Shown: positions 39,230 to 49,508, counted from the stretch's first letter. The stretch is 64,000 nt of DNA from an uncultured Tenacibaculum sp. (GCA_947492185.1 CANLMR010000011.1:12002-76001); one strand, 5' to 3'. The notes: generated by a model not told the origin, from the sequence alone. A program made the numbers and translations.

Positions 39230-39382
39230 GCCTATATTAGTAATTAGTTAATAAACTCAACACTATTCAATTAAAAAGAATGAGTCTTGGTTAGTAAAGC
39301 AAGCCGTTAGTTCGGATCCTTGATCAACCAGTTAGTTCTAAACCTGTTTTTCAGGAGTTTATGAAACACTACTAATATGGGC
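39230..39382 (+). ncRNA. ssrS: 6S RNA (6S-Flavo type)
   Basis: Closing stem gcctatattagta / tactaatatgggc, second stem ataaactc / gagtttat, central bubble, T-run; located between zapA and rny. Confidence 0.8.
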
Positions 39383-39414
39383 TTTTTTTATTTTTAAGAA
39401 TATATATTCAATTT

Positions 39415-40980
39415 ATGGAAGGATTAGTATTACCAATTTTGGTAGGTATAATAGGAATTGCAGTAGGTTTTATTATTGCAAAAATGTTAGAGAAAACAAA
39501 AGCAAATAAACTGCTTAAAGAAACGAATAAAGAAGCTAAAAGTATTGTTAAAGAGGCAAAACTAGAAGCAGAAGCTATAAAAAAAGATAAAATATTACAA
39601 GCTAAGGAAAAGTTTATTGAGCTTAAAGCAGAACATGAAAAAGTAATTTTATCTAGAGAAAAGAAAATGTCTGATGTAGAGAAGAGAATTCGTGACAAAG
39701 AATCAAGAGTTTCTTCTGAATTAGATAAAAATAAAAAGCTATCACAATCTTTAGAAAAGAAGACTTCTGACTTAGATTATAAATTAGATTTTTTAGATAA
39801 AAGGGAATCTGAAGTAGAAAAGTTACATAAGCGTCATGTAGATATGTTAGAGCAAATCTCAGGTTTTTCTGCTGATGAAGCTAAAACAGAATTAGTTGCA
39901 TCTTTAAAAGAAGAAGCAAAAACAGATGCAATGAGTTTTATTCAAGAGACTTTAGAAGAAGCAAAAATGACTGCCCAACAAGAAGCAAGAAAGGTTGTTT
40001 TAAATACAATTCAAAGAGTAGGAGTAGAGCAAGCTATAGAAAATTGTGTCTCTGTTTTCAATTTAGAATCTGATGATGTTAAAGGGCGTATTATTGGTAG
40101 AGAAGGACGTAATATTCGTGCTTTAGAAGCAGCTACTGGAGTAGAAATTATTGTTGATGATACTCCAGAAGCAATTATTCTTTCTTGTTTTGATCCTGTA
40201 CGTCGTGAGATTGCGAGACTTTCTATGCATAAATTAGTGACAGATGGAAGGATTCATCCTGCAAGAATTGAAGAAATTGTTCGTAAAACTGAAAAGCAAA
40301 TTAATCAGGAAATTATTGAAGTTGGTAAACGTACTGTTATAGATTTAGGTATACATGGTTTACATCCAGAATTAATAAAAACAGTTGGTAGAATGAAATA
40401 TCGTTCTTCTTATGGACAAAATTTATTACAACACTCTCGTGAAGTTGCAAATTTATGTGGCTTAATGGCTGCAGAAATGGGCTTAAATGCGAAAGCAGCT
40501 AAAAGAGCTGGTTTATTGCATGATATAGGAAAAGTTCCTGAAACAGAAAGTGAATTACCTCATGCATTATTAGGAATGCAATGGGCAGAAAAGTATGGAG
40601 AGAAGCCAGATGTTTGTAATGCAATTGGAGCTCACCATGATGAAATAGAGATGAAGAGTTTAATAGCACCTATCGTTCAAGTTTGTGATGCTATTTCTGG
40701 AGCTAGACCAGGAGCAAGACGACAAGTGTTAGATAGTTATATTCAACGTTTAAGAGATTTAGAAGATATAGCTTTTGGATTTACAGGAGTTCAAAAAGCT
40801 TATGCAATACAAGCAGGTAGAGAGCTAAGAGTTATGGTGGAAAGTACTAAAGTTAATGATGAAAAAGCTGCTGAATTATCTTTTAATATTTCACAAAAAA
40901 TACAGAATGATATGACCTATCCAGGTCAGGTTAAGGTAACAGTTATTAGAGAAACTAGAGCTGTTAATGTAGCGAAATAA
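39415..40980 (+). CDS. rny: Ribonuclease Y
   Basis: N-terminal TM, coiled coil, KH ([13 protein letters not shown]), HD (GLLHDIGK), SGARPGAR. Confidence 0.97.
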   Translation: MEGLVLPILVGIIGIAVGFIIAKMLEKTKANKLLKETNKEAKSIVKEAKLEAEAIKKDKILQAKEKFIELKAEHEKVILSREKKMSDVEKRIRDKESRVSSELDKNKKLSQSLEKKTSDLDYKLDFLDKRESEVEKLHKRHVDMLEQISGFSADEAKTELVASLKEEAKTDAMSFIQETLEEAKMTAQQEARKVVLNTIQRVGVEQAIENCVSVFNLESDDVKGRIIGREGRNIRALEAATGVEIIVDDTPEAIILSCFDPVRREIARLSMHKLVTDGRIHPARIEEIVRKTEKQINQEIIEVGKRTVIDLGIHGLHPELIKTVGRMKYRSSYGQNLLQHSREVANLCGLMAAEMGLNAKAAKRAGLLHDIGKVPETESELPHALLGMQWAEKYGEKPDVCNAIGAHHDEIEMKSLIAPIVQVCDAISGARPGARRQVLDSYIQRLRDLEDIAFGFTGVQKAYAIQAGRELRVMVESTKVNDEKAAELSFNISQKIQNDMTYPGQVKVTVIRETRAVNVAK

Positions 40981-41006
40981 TGAAACTTAAAAATTAAGAT
41001 TTTTTT

Positions 41007-41033
41007 AAGGCACAAGTAAATTACTTGTGCCTT
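41007..41033 (+). terminator. Intrinsic terminator after rny
   Basis: aaggcacaagta-aat-tacttgtgcctt plus T-run. Confidence 0.8.
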
Positions 41034-41075
41034 TTATTTTTTTATGTTTGCGCTCTAATCTAAAATTGTTTAAAA

Positions 41076-41630
41076 ATGAAAAATTTATTTTCAATTACAT
41101 TTCTACTTACTTTATTTTTAAGTATACAATCATTTTCACAATCATCTAACTATGGTGTTACTGTGGGATATAATAACTTTATAGCTTCGGCAACTATTTC
41201 AGGAGTCCCTGGTAGTGGTTCCGATGGAGCCTCTGGTTATTATGTTGGTGTTTACGGAGATTTTGAATTAGGTAATAAGTTTTCTCTTCAACCAGAATTA
41301 CAATTTGGACAAGTCTTTAATGAAGGAGATACAGGAGAGATGTTGATGTTACCTATTATGTTTAAATATTATGTAGTAGATAAGTTCAATTTACAAGCAG
41401 GACCAGTATTAGATTTAATTTTAAATGATGAGACTGATGGAGTAAATGATTTCGGTTTAGGGCTTGGATTCGGAGGAGCTTATGATATTAATGATGAACT
41501 ATCAATTACAACTAGGTATTCATTAGGTTTAACAAACAGAACACCTGATTTAGTTATTGATCCAACTCTTAATTTCGATGTCACAACGAAATTTGACTTT
41601 TTTCAAGTAGGATTAAGTTATAAGTTCTAA
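41076..41630 (+). CDS. Porin-family (8-stranded OMP) protein
   Basis: Signal peptide, FSLQPEL, LPIMFKYYV, C-terminal GLSYKF. Confidence 0.85.
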   Translation: MKNLFSITFLLTLFLSIQSFSQSSNYGVTVGYNNFIASATISGVPGSGSDGASGYYVGVYGDFELGNKFSLQPELQFGQVFNEGDTGEMLMLPIMFKYYVVDKFNLQAGPVLDLILNDETDGVNDFGLGLGFGGAYDINDELSITTRYSLGLTNRTPDLVIDPTLNFDVTTKFDFFQVGLSYKF

Positions 41631-41648
41631 TATTATAGATACCTAAAT

Positions 41649-41684
41649 AAAAAAAGCCATTGTATAAAAACAGTGGCTTTTTTT
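41649..41684. terminator. Bidirectional terminator
   Basis: aaaaagccattgt / acagtggcttttt. Confidence 0.7.
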
Positions 41685-41706
41685 ATTTGAGTATAAGTAT
41701 AGATTC

Positions 41707-43497
41707 TTACCTTCTTCTAGGTCTTCTTGAATTCCTACTTTTATTATTGTCATTTTTTGGAAATGACTTTTTATTACTATTATTTCTACTTCTACCAAAA
41801 CCTCCAGAAGCATTATTGTCTCCGTTTCTTCTTCTACTTCCACCGCCATTACCACCGCGTCTTCTTCCGCCTCCTTTTCTTTCCTTGGTAATTTCTATAT
41901 TAACTCTTCGACCATTAAATTCTGGAGAGTTTGAAGAAAAAGCATCTAAAGTTTGACTCTCAAAGTTTTTATCAATTTCAAAGAAAGAGAAAGTATCTAA
42001 AATATCAATAGCTCCAATTTCAACATTATTGTTAATTCCTTGTTCATTAATTAATCCCATTAATTTTGCAGGATTTAAACGATCTTTTCTACCTAAATTA
42101 ATAAAGAAACGAGTCATATTTTCACTTGGCATTCTCCCGTTTCTACTACCACCTCTTTCACGATCATTAGACATCTTGTTTAAATCAGGAGCGTTTTCGT
42201 AATATGATAAGAAAGAATTGAATTCTAATGAAACAAATTTTTGAATTAATTCTTCACGAGAAAAATCTTTTAGCTTATCATAAATATTAGGTAAATATGA
42301 GTCAATTTCAGAAGTATTTACTTCAGAATTTTCTACTCTATCAATTAAATGGAATAATTGTTTCTCACATATTTCTTTTCCAGTAGGTATAGAGTTTTCA
42401 ATGAATTTTTTCTTTAAAATTCGTTCAATTGGATTAAGTTTACCTCTCTCTTTTCTGTTTACAAGAACAACAGAAATACCTTTATTTCCAGCTCTACCTG
42501 TACGTCCACTTCTGTGATTATAGTTTTCTATTTGATCTGGAAGCTTATGATTTATTACATGTGTTAAGTTATCTACATCTAAACCACGAGCAGCCACATC
42601 TGTAGCTACTAGCATTTGAATGTTTTTCTTTCTAAACTTATCCATAACGCTATCACGCTGAGCTTGTGATAAATCACCATGCAAAGAGTCAGCGTTATAA
42701 CCATCTTGAATTAATTTGTCTGCAACTTCTTGAGTTTCTCTTCTAGTTCTACAAAAAACAATAGCATATATATTTGGATTGATATCTGCAATTCTCTTTA
42801 AAGCTGGATATCTACTTCTTTCAGATACTAAATAATACTCATGAGTTACATTGTCAGATCCTTGATTTTTTTGACCAGAGGTTACTTCTACTGGATTATG
42901 CATATAGTTTCTTGCTATAGCTTCAACCTCTCTTGGGAAAGTAGCAGAAAAAAGAAGTGTTTGTTTTGTTTCAGGAGTTGCATCAAGAACTTTATCAAGT
43001 TCTTCTTTGAAACCCATATTTAACATTTCATCAGCTTCATCTAAAACTAACCATTTAACATTGCCAAGCTTTAAAGCTCTTCTTCTAATTAAGTCTACAG
43101 TTCTACCGGGAGTACCTATAACAATTTGAGCTCCTTTTTTTAATTGTCTAATTTGTTGTTCAATATTTGCTCCACCATAGACGGTAGCGACTTTTAACTT
43201 GGGTAAATATTTAGAGAAATCTTCTATGTTTTTACCAATTTGAACGGCTAGTTCTCTTGTAGGAGAAAGAATGATAGCTTGTGTAGAATTATCTTGATCA
43301 TCGGCAAGTTCTACAATTGGTAAACTAAATGCTGCTGTTTTTCCTGTTCCTGTTTGCGCGAAAGCTTTTAAATCTTCTGTTGAAGATAAGATTTGAGGAA
43401 TAGCTTTTTCTTGAATAACGGTTGGTGTTTCATAACCTAAATCTACCAACGCTTTACTTATAGGTTCTTTTAAACCTAAGTCTGCGAATTTTGACAT
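41707..43497 (-). CDS. deaD: DEAD-box RNA helicase (DeaD/CsdA-like) with DbpA domain and RG-rich tail
   Basis: AQTGTGKT, PTRELA, DEAD, SAT, ARGLD, HRSGRTGRAG. Confidence 0.9.
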   Translation of the reverse strand: MSKFADLGLKEPISKALVDLGYETPTVIQEKAIPQILSSTEDLKAFAQTGTGKTAAFSLPIVELADDQDNSTQAIILSPTRELAVQIGKNIEDFSKYLPKLKVATVYGGANIEQQIRQLKKGAQIVIGTPGRTVDLIRRRALKLGNVKWLVLDEADEMLNMGFKEELDKVLDATPETKQTLLFSATFPREVEAIARNYMHNPVEVTSGQKNQGSDNVTHEYYLVSERSRYPALKRIADINPNIYAIVFCRTRRETQEVADKLIQDGYNADSLHGDLSQAQRDSVMDKFRKKNIQMLVATDVAARGLDVDNLTHVINHKLPDQIENYNHRSGRTGRAGNKGISVVLVNRKERGKLNPIERILKKKFIENSIPTGKEICEKQLFHLIDRVENSEVNTSEIDSYLPNIYDKLKDFSREELIQKFVSLEFNSFLSYYENAPDLNKMSNDRERGGSRNGRMPSENMTRFFINLGRKDRLNPAKLMGLINEQGINNNVEIGAIDILDTFSFFEIDKNFESQTLDAFSSNSPEFNGRRVNIEITKERKGGGRRRGGNGGGSRRRNGDNNASGGFGRSRNNSNKKSFPKNDNNKSRNSRRPRRR

Positions 43498-43568
43498 AAT
43501 GTGAATTTTAACGAATTCACAGATGCCCTATCCGCGAATTCTAAATATTAATTTATTTTAGGACGGCG

Positions 43569-43576
43569 CAAAAGTA
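43569..43576 (-). promoter_or_regulatory. -7 element upstream of the DEAD-box gene
   Basis: TActTTTG on the minus strand, leaving a roughly 65-nt leader. Confidence 0.65.
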
Positions 43577-43607
43577 ATGAATTTAAAATAAACTGATTTT
43601 TAATTGA

Positions 43608-44966
43608 TTAATAAAGTTCAGTTATTTGTTTTTCAATCTTTTTTGAAGATAATGCACAGAAGCCATTTTCAACAATTCCTTTTTTATTAACCAATACCAT
43701 TCTAGGGTATTTACTGGTTAAAAATTTATGAGCATCACTTTCTTTGTGAAGATAAAATTGGTGCTTTATGTTTAAGTCTTTAATATACTCATTCTTATCA
43801 TTGTCCATGTTGATAACTAAAAATTTCACATCTGGATTATTATTAATTAAGTAATTCATTCTAGAAGCTACCCAATTATCTGATGAATAATCTTTATTCC
43901 TAAAATAAATTACTGTACTATTCCCTTTAATTACATCTCTTATTTTTTCCATTGAACCTTGAGGAGAGAATAATTTAAAATTAGGTAACAGTCTGTTTTT
44001 TGGAATATGTTTCACATCAGTTAATAAACAACCAATTTCTTCTTTATCAGCATTATTAGATGAAAATTCAGCAAAAGCATTATACGCTTTCTTATTTAAG
44101 CTACAACTCGTTTTTGTGTAAAAATGACGAATAATTGTTTCTTTTAATAATCTGTTTTTTAATTCTTGAGAGCCAATTTTTTTATTTACAGTTTCTAGAA
44201 CTGAAACAGTAAACTCATCACTATCATCTTTTATTTTTTTTGCATAAACATCATAATAAATATTATTATAAACATATTTCCTATATGGAGAAAAGAACAT
44301 TAAAGAATCACTGTTAATGTTAATTTTATTTCTATGCAAAATAAAATTACTCTCATTTATGTTATCTGGCTTTTCTTTTAAGTAATTATTTATGGCGTAA
44401 GTTTCTAACTTAGTAAATAAAGGATAATACAATGCAACTTTCAAAATATCTAAATAACTTTTAGAAGTATTAGGATAATTAGTATTGTAGTCTTCAATAT
44501 AATTATCTTTAATCGTTTTCAGAGAATCTACAGTTTGTAGAAAGTTATCTGGAGCAAGTTTGTAAAATTGATAGAAATCTTTTACTTGTTTTTCGTTAAC
44601 TAAAAAGTTTTCAATTAATGCATTGTTTTTTTCTGCATTACTTCCACTGAATACTAACGACTCATCAAAATCCCATGTATTTAAACGAATTAATAAACTA
44701 TCTTGAGGTTCTAGGAAAATATATTGGTATTCAGCGCCATGCTTGAAAAGGTATAATCCTGATTTAATATTTTTAAAAGTTCCTGTAAAAGTGTTGTCTG
44801 ATTTTAGTTTTATAGAATCTATAACTTCCTCATAATGATCATGTAAAGTGACAAAATCCGATTTAGGATTAATAATTTTACCTCCTATATATGTTAAGTC
44901 CTCTTTTTTAGTATTGTTACAACTAAGTAAGAAGATGGATAAAAGGGGAGCTAAATATTTAATCAT
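43608..44966 (-). CDS. Lipoprotein with C-terminal thioredoxin-like (TlpA-like) fold lacking CxxC
   Basis: MIKYLAPLLSIFLLSC lipobox (start 44966); LLPNFKL, YPRMVLVNKKGIV. Confidence 0.65.
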   Translation of the reverse strand: MIKYLAPLLSIFLLSCNNTKKEDLTYIGGKIINPKSDFVTLHDHYEEVIDSIKLKSDNTFTGTFKNIKSGLYLFKHGAEYQYIFLEPQDSLLIRLNTWDFDESLVFSGSNAEKNNALIENFLVNEKQVKDFYQFYKLAPDNFLQTVDSLKTIKDNYIEDYNTNYPNTSKSYLDILKVALYYPLFTKLETYAINNYLKEKPDNINESNFILHRNKININSDSLMFFSPYRKYVYNNIYYDVYAKKIKDDSDEFTVSVLETVNKKIGSQELKNRLLKETIIRHFYTKTSCSLNKKAYNAFAEFSSNNADKEEIGCLLTDVKHIPKNRLLPNFKLFSPQGSMEKIRDVIKGNSTVIYFRNKDYSSDNWVASRMNYLINNNPDVKFLVINMDNDKNEYIKDLNIKHQFYLHKESDAHKFLTSKYPRMVLVNKKGIVENGFCALSSKKIEKQITELY

Positions 44967-45023
44967 TTTATTCAAAACGGCATATAAATTAACGCTCAAA
45001 AATAGAAATATAGAGTAAATCAA

Positions 45024-45043
45024 GATGTTAATTCGATGTTAAT
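45024..45043. promoter_or_regulatory. Direct repeat GATGTTAAT x2, 11-bp period
   Basis: 45024-45032 and 45035-45043; about 20 nt upstream of TAttTTTG (44997-45004, minus strand). Confidence 0.5.
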
Positions 45044-45115
45044 ATTCCAAAAAATAAGAGATTTTTAACGATATAATTTATAGACTATAAATGCTGTAAA
45101 AGCAAAGAGATTTTA

Positions 45116-45123
45116 TACTTTTG
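45116..45123 (+). promoter_or_regulatory. -7 element upstream of the ABC-F gene
   Basis: TActTTTG. Confidence 0.6.
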
Positions 45124-45146
45124 CATCGAATTTAAAAAAACAAAAA

Positions 45147-46769
45147 ATGTTAACAGTTTCTAATTTATCAGTTCAGTTTGGTAAGAGAGTATTGTTTGAT
45201 GAGGTAAACACGAAGTTTACACAAGGAAATTGCTACGGAATTATTGGAGCAAATGGAGCAGGAAAATCTACTTTCTTAAAAATATTATCGGGTCAATTAG
45301 ATCCAACTTCTGGACAAGTTCATTTAGAGCCTGGAAAAAGAATGTCTGTTTTATCTCAAGATCACTATGCATTTGATGAGTTCCCTGTTTTGGAAACTGT
45401 AGTAATGGGTAATAAAGATTTATATAAGATAAAGAAAGAGATAGATGCATTATATGCTGATTATACTGATGAGAATGCTGAAAAAATAGGGGAGCTTCAA
45501 GTTCAGTTTGAAGAAATGAACGGATGGAATGCTGATTCTGAAGCCGCAGCAATGTTATCTAACCTTGGTATTAAAGAAGAATTACATTATTCATTAATAA
45601 AAGATCTAGATGGAAAACAAAAAGTACGTGTGTTATTAGCACAAGCTTTATTTGGAAATCCTGATGTGTTAATAATGGATGAGCCTACCAACGACTTAGA
45701 TTTTGAAACTATTGCTTGGTTAGAGAGTTTTTTAGCTAATTATGATAATACTGTAATTGTTGTATCTCACGATCGTCACTTTTTAGATGCGGTATGTACA
45801 CATATTTCTGATATTGATTTTAGTAAGATTAATCACTTTTCAGGTAACTATACATTCTGGTACGAATCTAGTCAGTTAGCAGCAAAACAAAGAGCACAGG
45901 CTAATAAAAAAGCTGAAGATAAAAAGAAAGAGTTAGAAGAATTTATTCGTCGTTTCTCTGCAAATGTTGCTAAATCTAAACAAGCAACTTCTCGTAAGAA
46001 AATGATAGAGAAATTAAACGTAGAAGACATCAAACCTTCAAGCCGTAGGTATCCTGCAATTATTTTTGAAAGAGATAGAGAAGCTGGAGATCAAATTTTA
46101 AATATTGAAGGATTAGCAGCAAAAGATGCAGAGGGAGAATTATTATTTTCTAAAATTGATATCAATTTAAATAGAGGAGATAAAGTAGCTGTTATTTCTA
46201 AAAACTCTAAGGCTACAACAGCTTTTTATCAGATTATTTCAGGAAATGAAGAAGCTCTAGAAGGAAAATATAGTTGGGGAGTTACTACAACTCAGTCGTA
46301 TTTACCATCTGATAACTCTGAGTTTTTTCAAAATGGAGATCTAAACTTGGTAGATTGGTTACGTCAGTATGCGCAAACTGAAGAAGAGAGAGAGGAAGTA
46401 TTTTTACGTGGTTTCTTAGGGAAAATGATTTTTTCTGGTGAAGAAGCATTAAAAAAGAGTAATGTGTTGTCAGGAGGAGAAAAGGTACGTTGTATGTTAT
46501 CTAGAATGATGATGACTAGAGCGAATATTTTAAAACTAGATGAACCAACAAATCACTTAGACTTAGAATCTATTCAGTCTTTAAATAACTCTTTAATTAA
46601 TTTTAAAGGAACAGTTTTGTTTACAACGCATGATCATGAGTTTGCTCAAACCGTTGCGAATAGAATTATCGAAATTACACCAAACGGAGTTATTGATAAG
46701 TACGCTACTTTTGATGAATATCTTGAAGATCCGAAAGTAAAAGAGTTAAGAGAAAAAATGTATATATAA
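45147..46769 (+). CDS. ABC-F family ATPase (YbiT-like)
   Basis: GANGAGKST, MDEPTNDLD, LSGGE, LDEPTNHLD; no TM segments. Confidence 0.92.
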   Translation: MLTVSNLSVQFGKRVLFDEVNTKFTQGNCYGIIGANGAGKSTFLKILSGQLDPTSGQVHLEPGKRMSVLSQDHYAFDEFPVLETVVMGNKDLYKIKKEIDALYADYTDENAEKIGELQVQFEEMNGWNADSEAAAMLSNLGIKEELHYSLIKDLDGKQKVRVLLAQALFGNPDVLIMDEPTNDLDFETIAWLESFLANYDNTVIVVSHDRHFLDAVCTHISDIDFSKINHFSGNYTFWYESSQLAAKQRAQANKKAEDKKKELEEFIRRFSANVAKSKQATSRKKMIEKLNVEDIKPSSRRYPAIIFERDREAGDQILNIEGLAAKDAEGELLFSKIDINLNRGDKVAVISKNSKATTAFYQIISGNEEALEGKYSWGVTTTQSYLPSDNSEFFQNGDLNLVDWLRQYAQTEEEREEVFLRGFLGKMIFSGEEALKKSNVLSGGEKVRCMLSRMMMTRANILKLDEPTNHLDLESIQSLNNSLINFKGTVLFTTHDHEFAQTVANRIIEITPNGVIDKYATFDEYLEDPKVKELREKMYI

Positions 46770-46775
46770 ACAAAT

Positions 46776-46806
46776 AAAAAAGGAAGCTTTAATGGCTTCC
46801 TTTTTT
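46776..46806. terminator. Bidirectional terminator
   Basis: aaaaaaggaagc / gcttcctttttt. Confidence 0.75.
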
Positions 46807-46809
46807 ATT

Positions 46810-47751
46810 TTATTCTTTTTTAATCGGACTTATAATATCTACATCACTAAAAGCAATTGCACCTCTAATAATTCCATCAATGCTAGATTTTAATGCTTCT
46901 ATTAATTGCATTTTTAATTGTGATTTATGATAAATTAAACTTACTTCTCTTGCTGGAGGAGGAGTTTCGAATTCACGTAAGTGATTTTTATCTTCATCAT
47001 TTAAATCTAAAGTATTTAAATAAGGAAGTAATGTCATTCCTAATCCATCTTTAGATAATTTTATTAAGGTGTCAAAACTTCCACTTTCCAAATGAAAATT
47101 TTTATGCTCGTCCTTTTTATTGATTTTACAAAGGTTGATCACACTATTTTTAAAACAATGTCCGTCTTCTAACAATAGAATATCCTCTAATTCTAAATCT
47201 TCAACAGTTAACTTCTCTTTTTGATATAGCCTATGTTCATTTGGAATCAGTCCAACAAATGGCTCATAATATAGAACACGCTCCTTAATTGCTTCATTGC
47301 CTAATGGAGTAGCAGCAATTGCAGCATCAATATAACCATCAGATAACTTTCTAATAATTTCTTCCGTAGTTAACTCTTCTATAATTAATTGAACCTTTGG
47401 ATATGTTTTAGTGAAATGTTTTAAGAACATTGGTAATAAAGTCGGCATAATAGTAGGGATAATACCTAATTTAAATTCTCCTCCTATATATCCTTTTTGC
47501 TGATGTACAATATCTATAATCCTATTACTTTCATCAACAATAACTTTTGCTTGTTCAACGATTTTCTGACCAACAGGTGTTAACTCAATAGGTTTCTTTG
47601 AACGGTTGAAAATTTTTGCATCCAATTCTTCTTCTAATTTTTGAATTTGCATACTCAAAGTGGGTTGAGTAACAAAACAATGTTCAGCAGCAACGGTAAA
47701 ATTTTTATGCTCTGCAACAGCAAGAGTATATTTTAATTGGGTAATTGTCAT
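46810..47751 (-). CDS. oxyR: LysR-family H2O2 sensor OxyR
   Basis: LysR HTH; LLLEDGHCFKNSVINLC carries both OxyR cysteines with the usual spacing. Confidence 0.9.
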   Translation of the reverse strand: MTITQLKYTLAVAEHKNFTVAAEHCFVTQPTLSMQIQKLEEELDAKIFNRSKKPIELTPVGQKIVEQAKVIVDESNRIIDIVHQQKGYIGGEFKLGIIPTIMPTLLPMFLKHFTKTYPKVQLIIEELTTEEIIRKLSDGYIDAAIAATPLGNEAIKERVLYYEPFVGLIPNEHRLYQKEKLTVEDLELEDILLLEDGHCFKNSVINLCKINKKDEHKNFHLESGSFDTLIKLSKDGLGMTLLPYLNTLDLNDEDKNHLREFETPPPAREVSLIYHKSQLKMQLIEALKSSIDGIIRGAIAFSDVDIISPIKKE

Positions 47752-47975
47752 TAATAATAATTTTCGATAAAGATATTAAAACTTATCAATTTAACTAATC
47801 GTTTTAGCTTTAAGTTTTTCTACCAAAATACCTTATTTAAAATAATTCTAATTATTAAGACTTAGTTTAATTGTGTAACATTTTCTTAAAAAGAACTTAA
47901 AATAGGATTGATTTAAACTTTAAATAGGTGGACTTGTTTTGTATTGATTAAAAACAAAAACTTAATAAGGACAAA

Positions 47976-49505
47976 ATGAAAAATCTAAAACTAACTTTAA
48001 CTGCATTATTAGCATGTTCTATCGGTTTTACTACATTAACTTCATGTGAAGATGGTAAAGATGGTGTGGACGGTGTTGATGGAGTAGATGGACAAAATGG
48101 TGCTGATGGACAAGATGGTACTAACGGAACAGACGCATCTGTTTATTTAGCATCTTCTAAAACGCCAAACTTTTTAAAAGTAACTAGTGAATTTGTTGGA
48201 TTAAAAATTACTCCAATTTTATCTTCTGAAGATGTTATTCCAAACACGCCAGATTTCGTGTACGGTTCAATGGCTGACGGTGCTGGTTTATTAGCTGAAG
48301 CTGATGGAACATTTACTTTAATTAATAATATCGAAGCTGATTATTCAATTGCTAGAATTAAGTTAAATAAAAACTTAAGACCATATTACGGGGAGTATAT
48401 TTTAAATGCTGCAGCTACTGCTGAAACAGCTCAATGTTCAGGATCTATGATTTCTATGCAAGAGCATGGATTCGGACCAATGTACTTATCTGGAGGTGAG
48501 TGGGGAGGATCTTCAAAAGGTGTTTTTGCTACTGATCCATATAAATCTGCTGCTGAAGCTGGTACTGGAAAATTATTATCTGCGTTAGGTCAATGGTCTA
48601 CTGAGAATGCGGTTGTAATAGGTAAAGATGCGTATCCAAATAAAACAGTTGCTTTTATTGGAGACGATCATTCTGATAACGATGTACCTTCAGGACAATT
48701 AGGAATGTATGTTGGAAACAGAGGTGATTTAGAAGGAGGAAAATTATACGGGTTAAAAGTTACAGCTACTGGGATTGATTACGAAGTTGATATGGTAGAA
48801 GGAACTACGTATGATGCTGAATTTGTAGAATTAACAGAAAGAGAAATTAGTGCTTTAGACGCAGAAGCTAAATCTAAAGGAGTTATGGGATTCTCTCGTT
48901 TAGAGGATATCGATTGGAGAAGAGGAGTTGCTGGAAATCAAAGAGAGGTTTACTTCGCTGTAACTGGTCGTAGTAAAGCTGGATTAGTTGGAAAAGGAAC
49001 TACTTTAGGACGTATTTATAAAGTTGTATTAAATGATGCTGATCCAACTGGAGCTGCAAAAATAACTTGTGTATTAGATGGTGATAAAGTTGGAGGAAAA
49101 GCTGATGGATTCCACTCTCCTGATAACATTTTAGTTACTGAAAACTACGCGTATATTCAAGAAGATCCTAACGGATATGCTTCTTTAAATGCTGCAATTA
49201 CTGGGTATGCTAAATTATATCAATACAACTTAAATACTGGTGAAATTAAAACAGTGTTAGAGTGTGATCAAGATAGAGCTAACGACATGGGATATGGACC
49301 AAACACAAGAAACTGGGAAATTACAGGTATGATTGATGTTACTGAAGTTGTAAACAATGGAAAGAATACTTTTATCGTAATTACTCAAAATCATGGATGG
49401 GAACCAGCAGATGGAACTTCATTTACAGATCCATTAGCAAATCCTGATTTAGGAAACAGAAAAGAAGGTTCAGTATTACATATTATCACTGGATTAGCTA
49501 GATAA
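47976..49505 (+). CDS. PhoX/DUF839-like beta-propeller phosphatase, lipoprotein with collagen-like linker
   Basis: LTSC lipobox; (G-X-D/N)9; NNIE, AQCSG, GGEW, TENA, GDD, RLED, SPDN, IQED, WEITG resemble PhoX metal-ligand motifs. Confidence 0.8.
   Translation: MKNLKLTLTALLACSIGFTTLTSCEDGKDGVDGVDGVDGQNGADGQDGTNGTDASVYLASSKTPNFLKVTSEFVGLKITPILSSEDVIPNTPDFVYGSMADGAGLLAEADGTFTLINNIEADYSIARIKLNKNLRPYYGEYILNAAATAETAQCSGSMISMQEHGFGPMYLSGGEWGGSSKGVFATDPYKSAAEAGTGKLLSALGQWSTENAVVIGKDAYPNKTVAFIGDDHSDNDVPSGQLGMYVGNRGDLEGGKLYGLKVTATGIDYEVDMVEGTTYDAEFVELTEREISALDAEAKSKGVMGFSRLEDIDWRRGVAGNQREVYFAVTGRSKAGLVGKGTTLGRIYKVVLNDADPTGAAKITCVLDGDKVGGKADGFHSPDNILVTENYAYIQEDPNGYASLNAAITGYAKLYQYNLNTGEIKTVLECDQDRANDMGYGPNTRNWEITGMIDVTEVVNNGKNTFIVITQNHGWEPADGTSFTDPLANPDLGNRKEGSVLHIITGLAR
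48054..48134 (+). repeat. Collagen-like G-X-Y repeat, 9 triplets
   Basis: GKDGVDGVDGVDGQNGADGQDGTNGTD. Confidence 0.85.
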
Positions 49506-49508
49506 AAC

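Noticed and set aside
39408-39698. 96-aa minus-strand ORF
   Set aside because: Antisense of the rny coiled-coil region
41643-41956. Overlapping 70-aa and 98-aa ORFs with Leu/Pro runs
   Set aside because: Alternative frames of the RG-rich low-complexity helicase tail; they cross a terminator
47761-47800. Canonical OxyR box (ATAG-N7-CTAT)x2
   Set aside because: Could not match the four-part spacing; only a GATAA/TTATC inverted pair is visible
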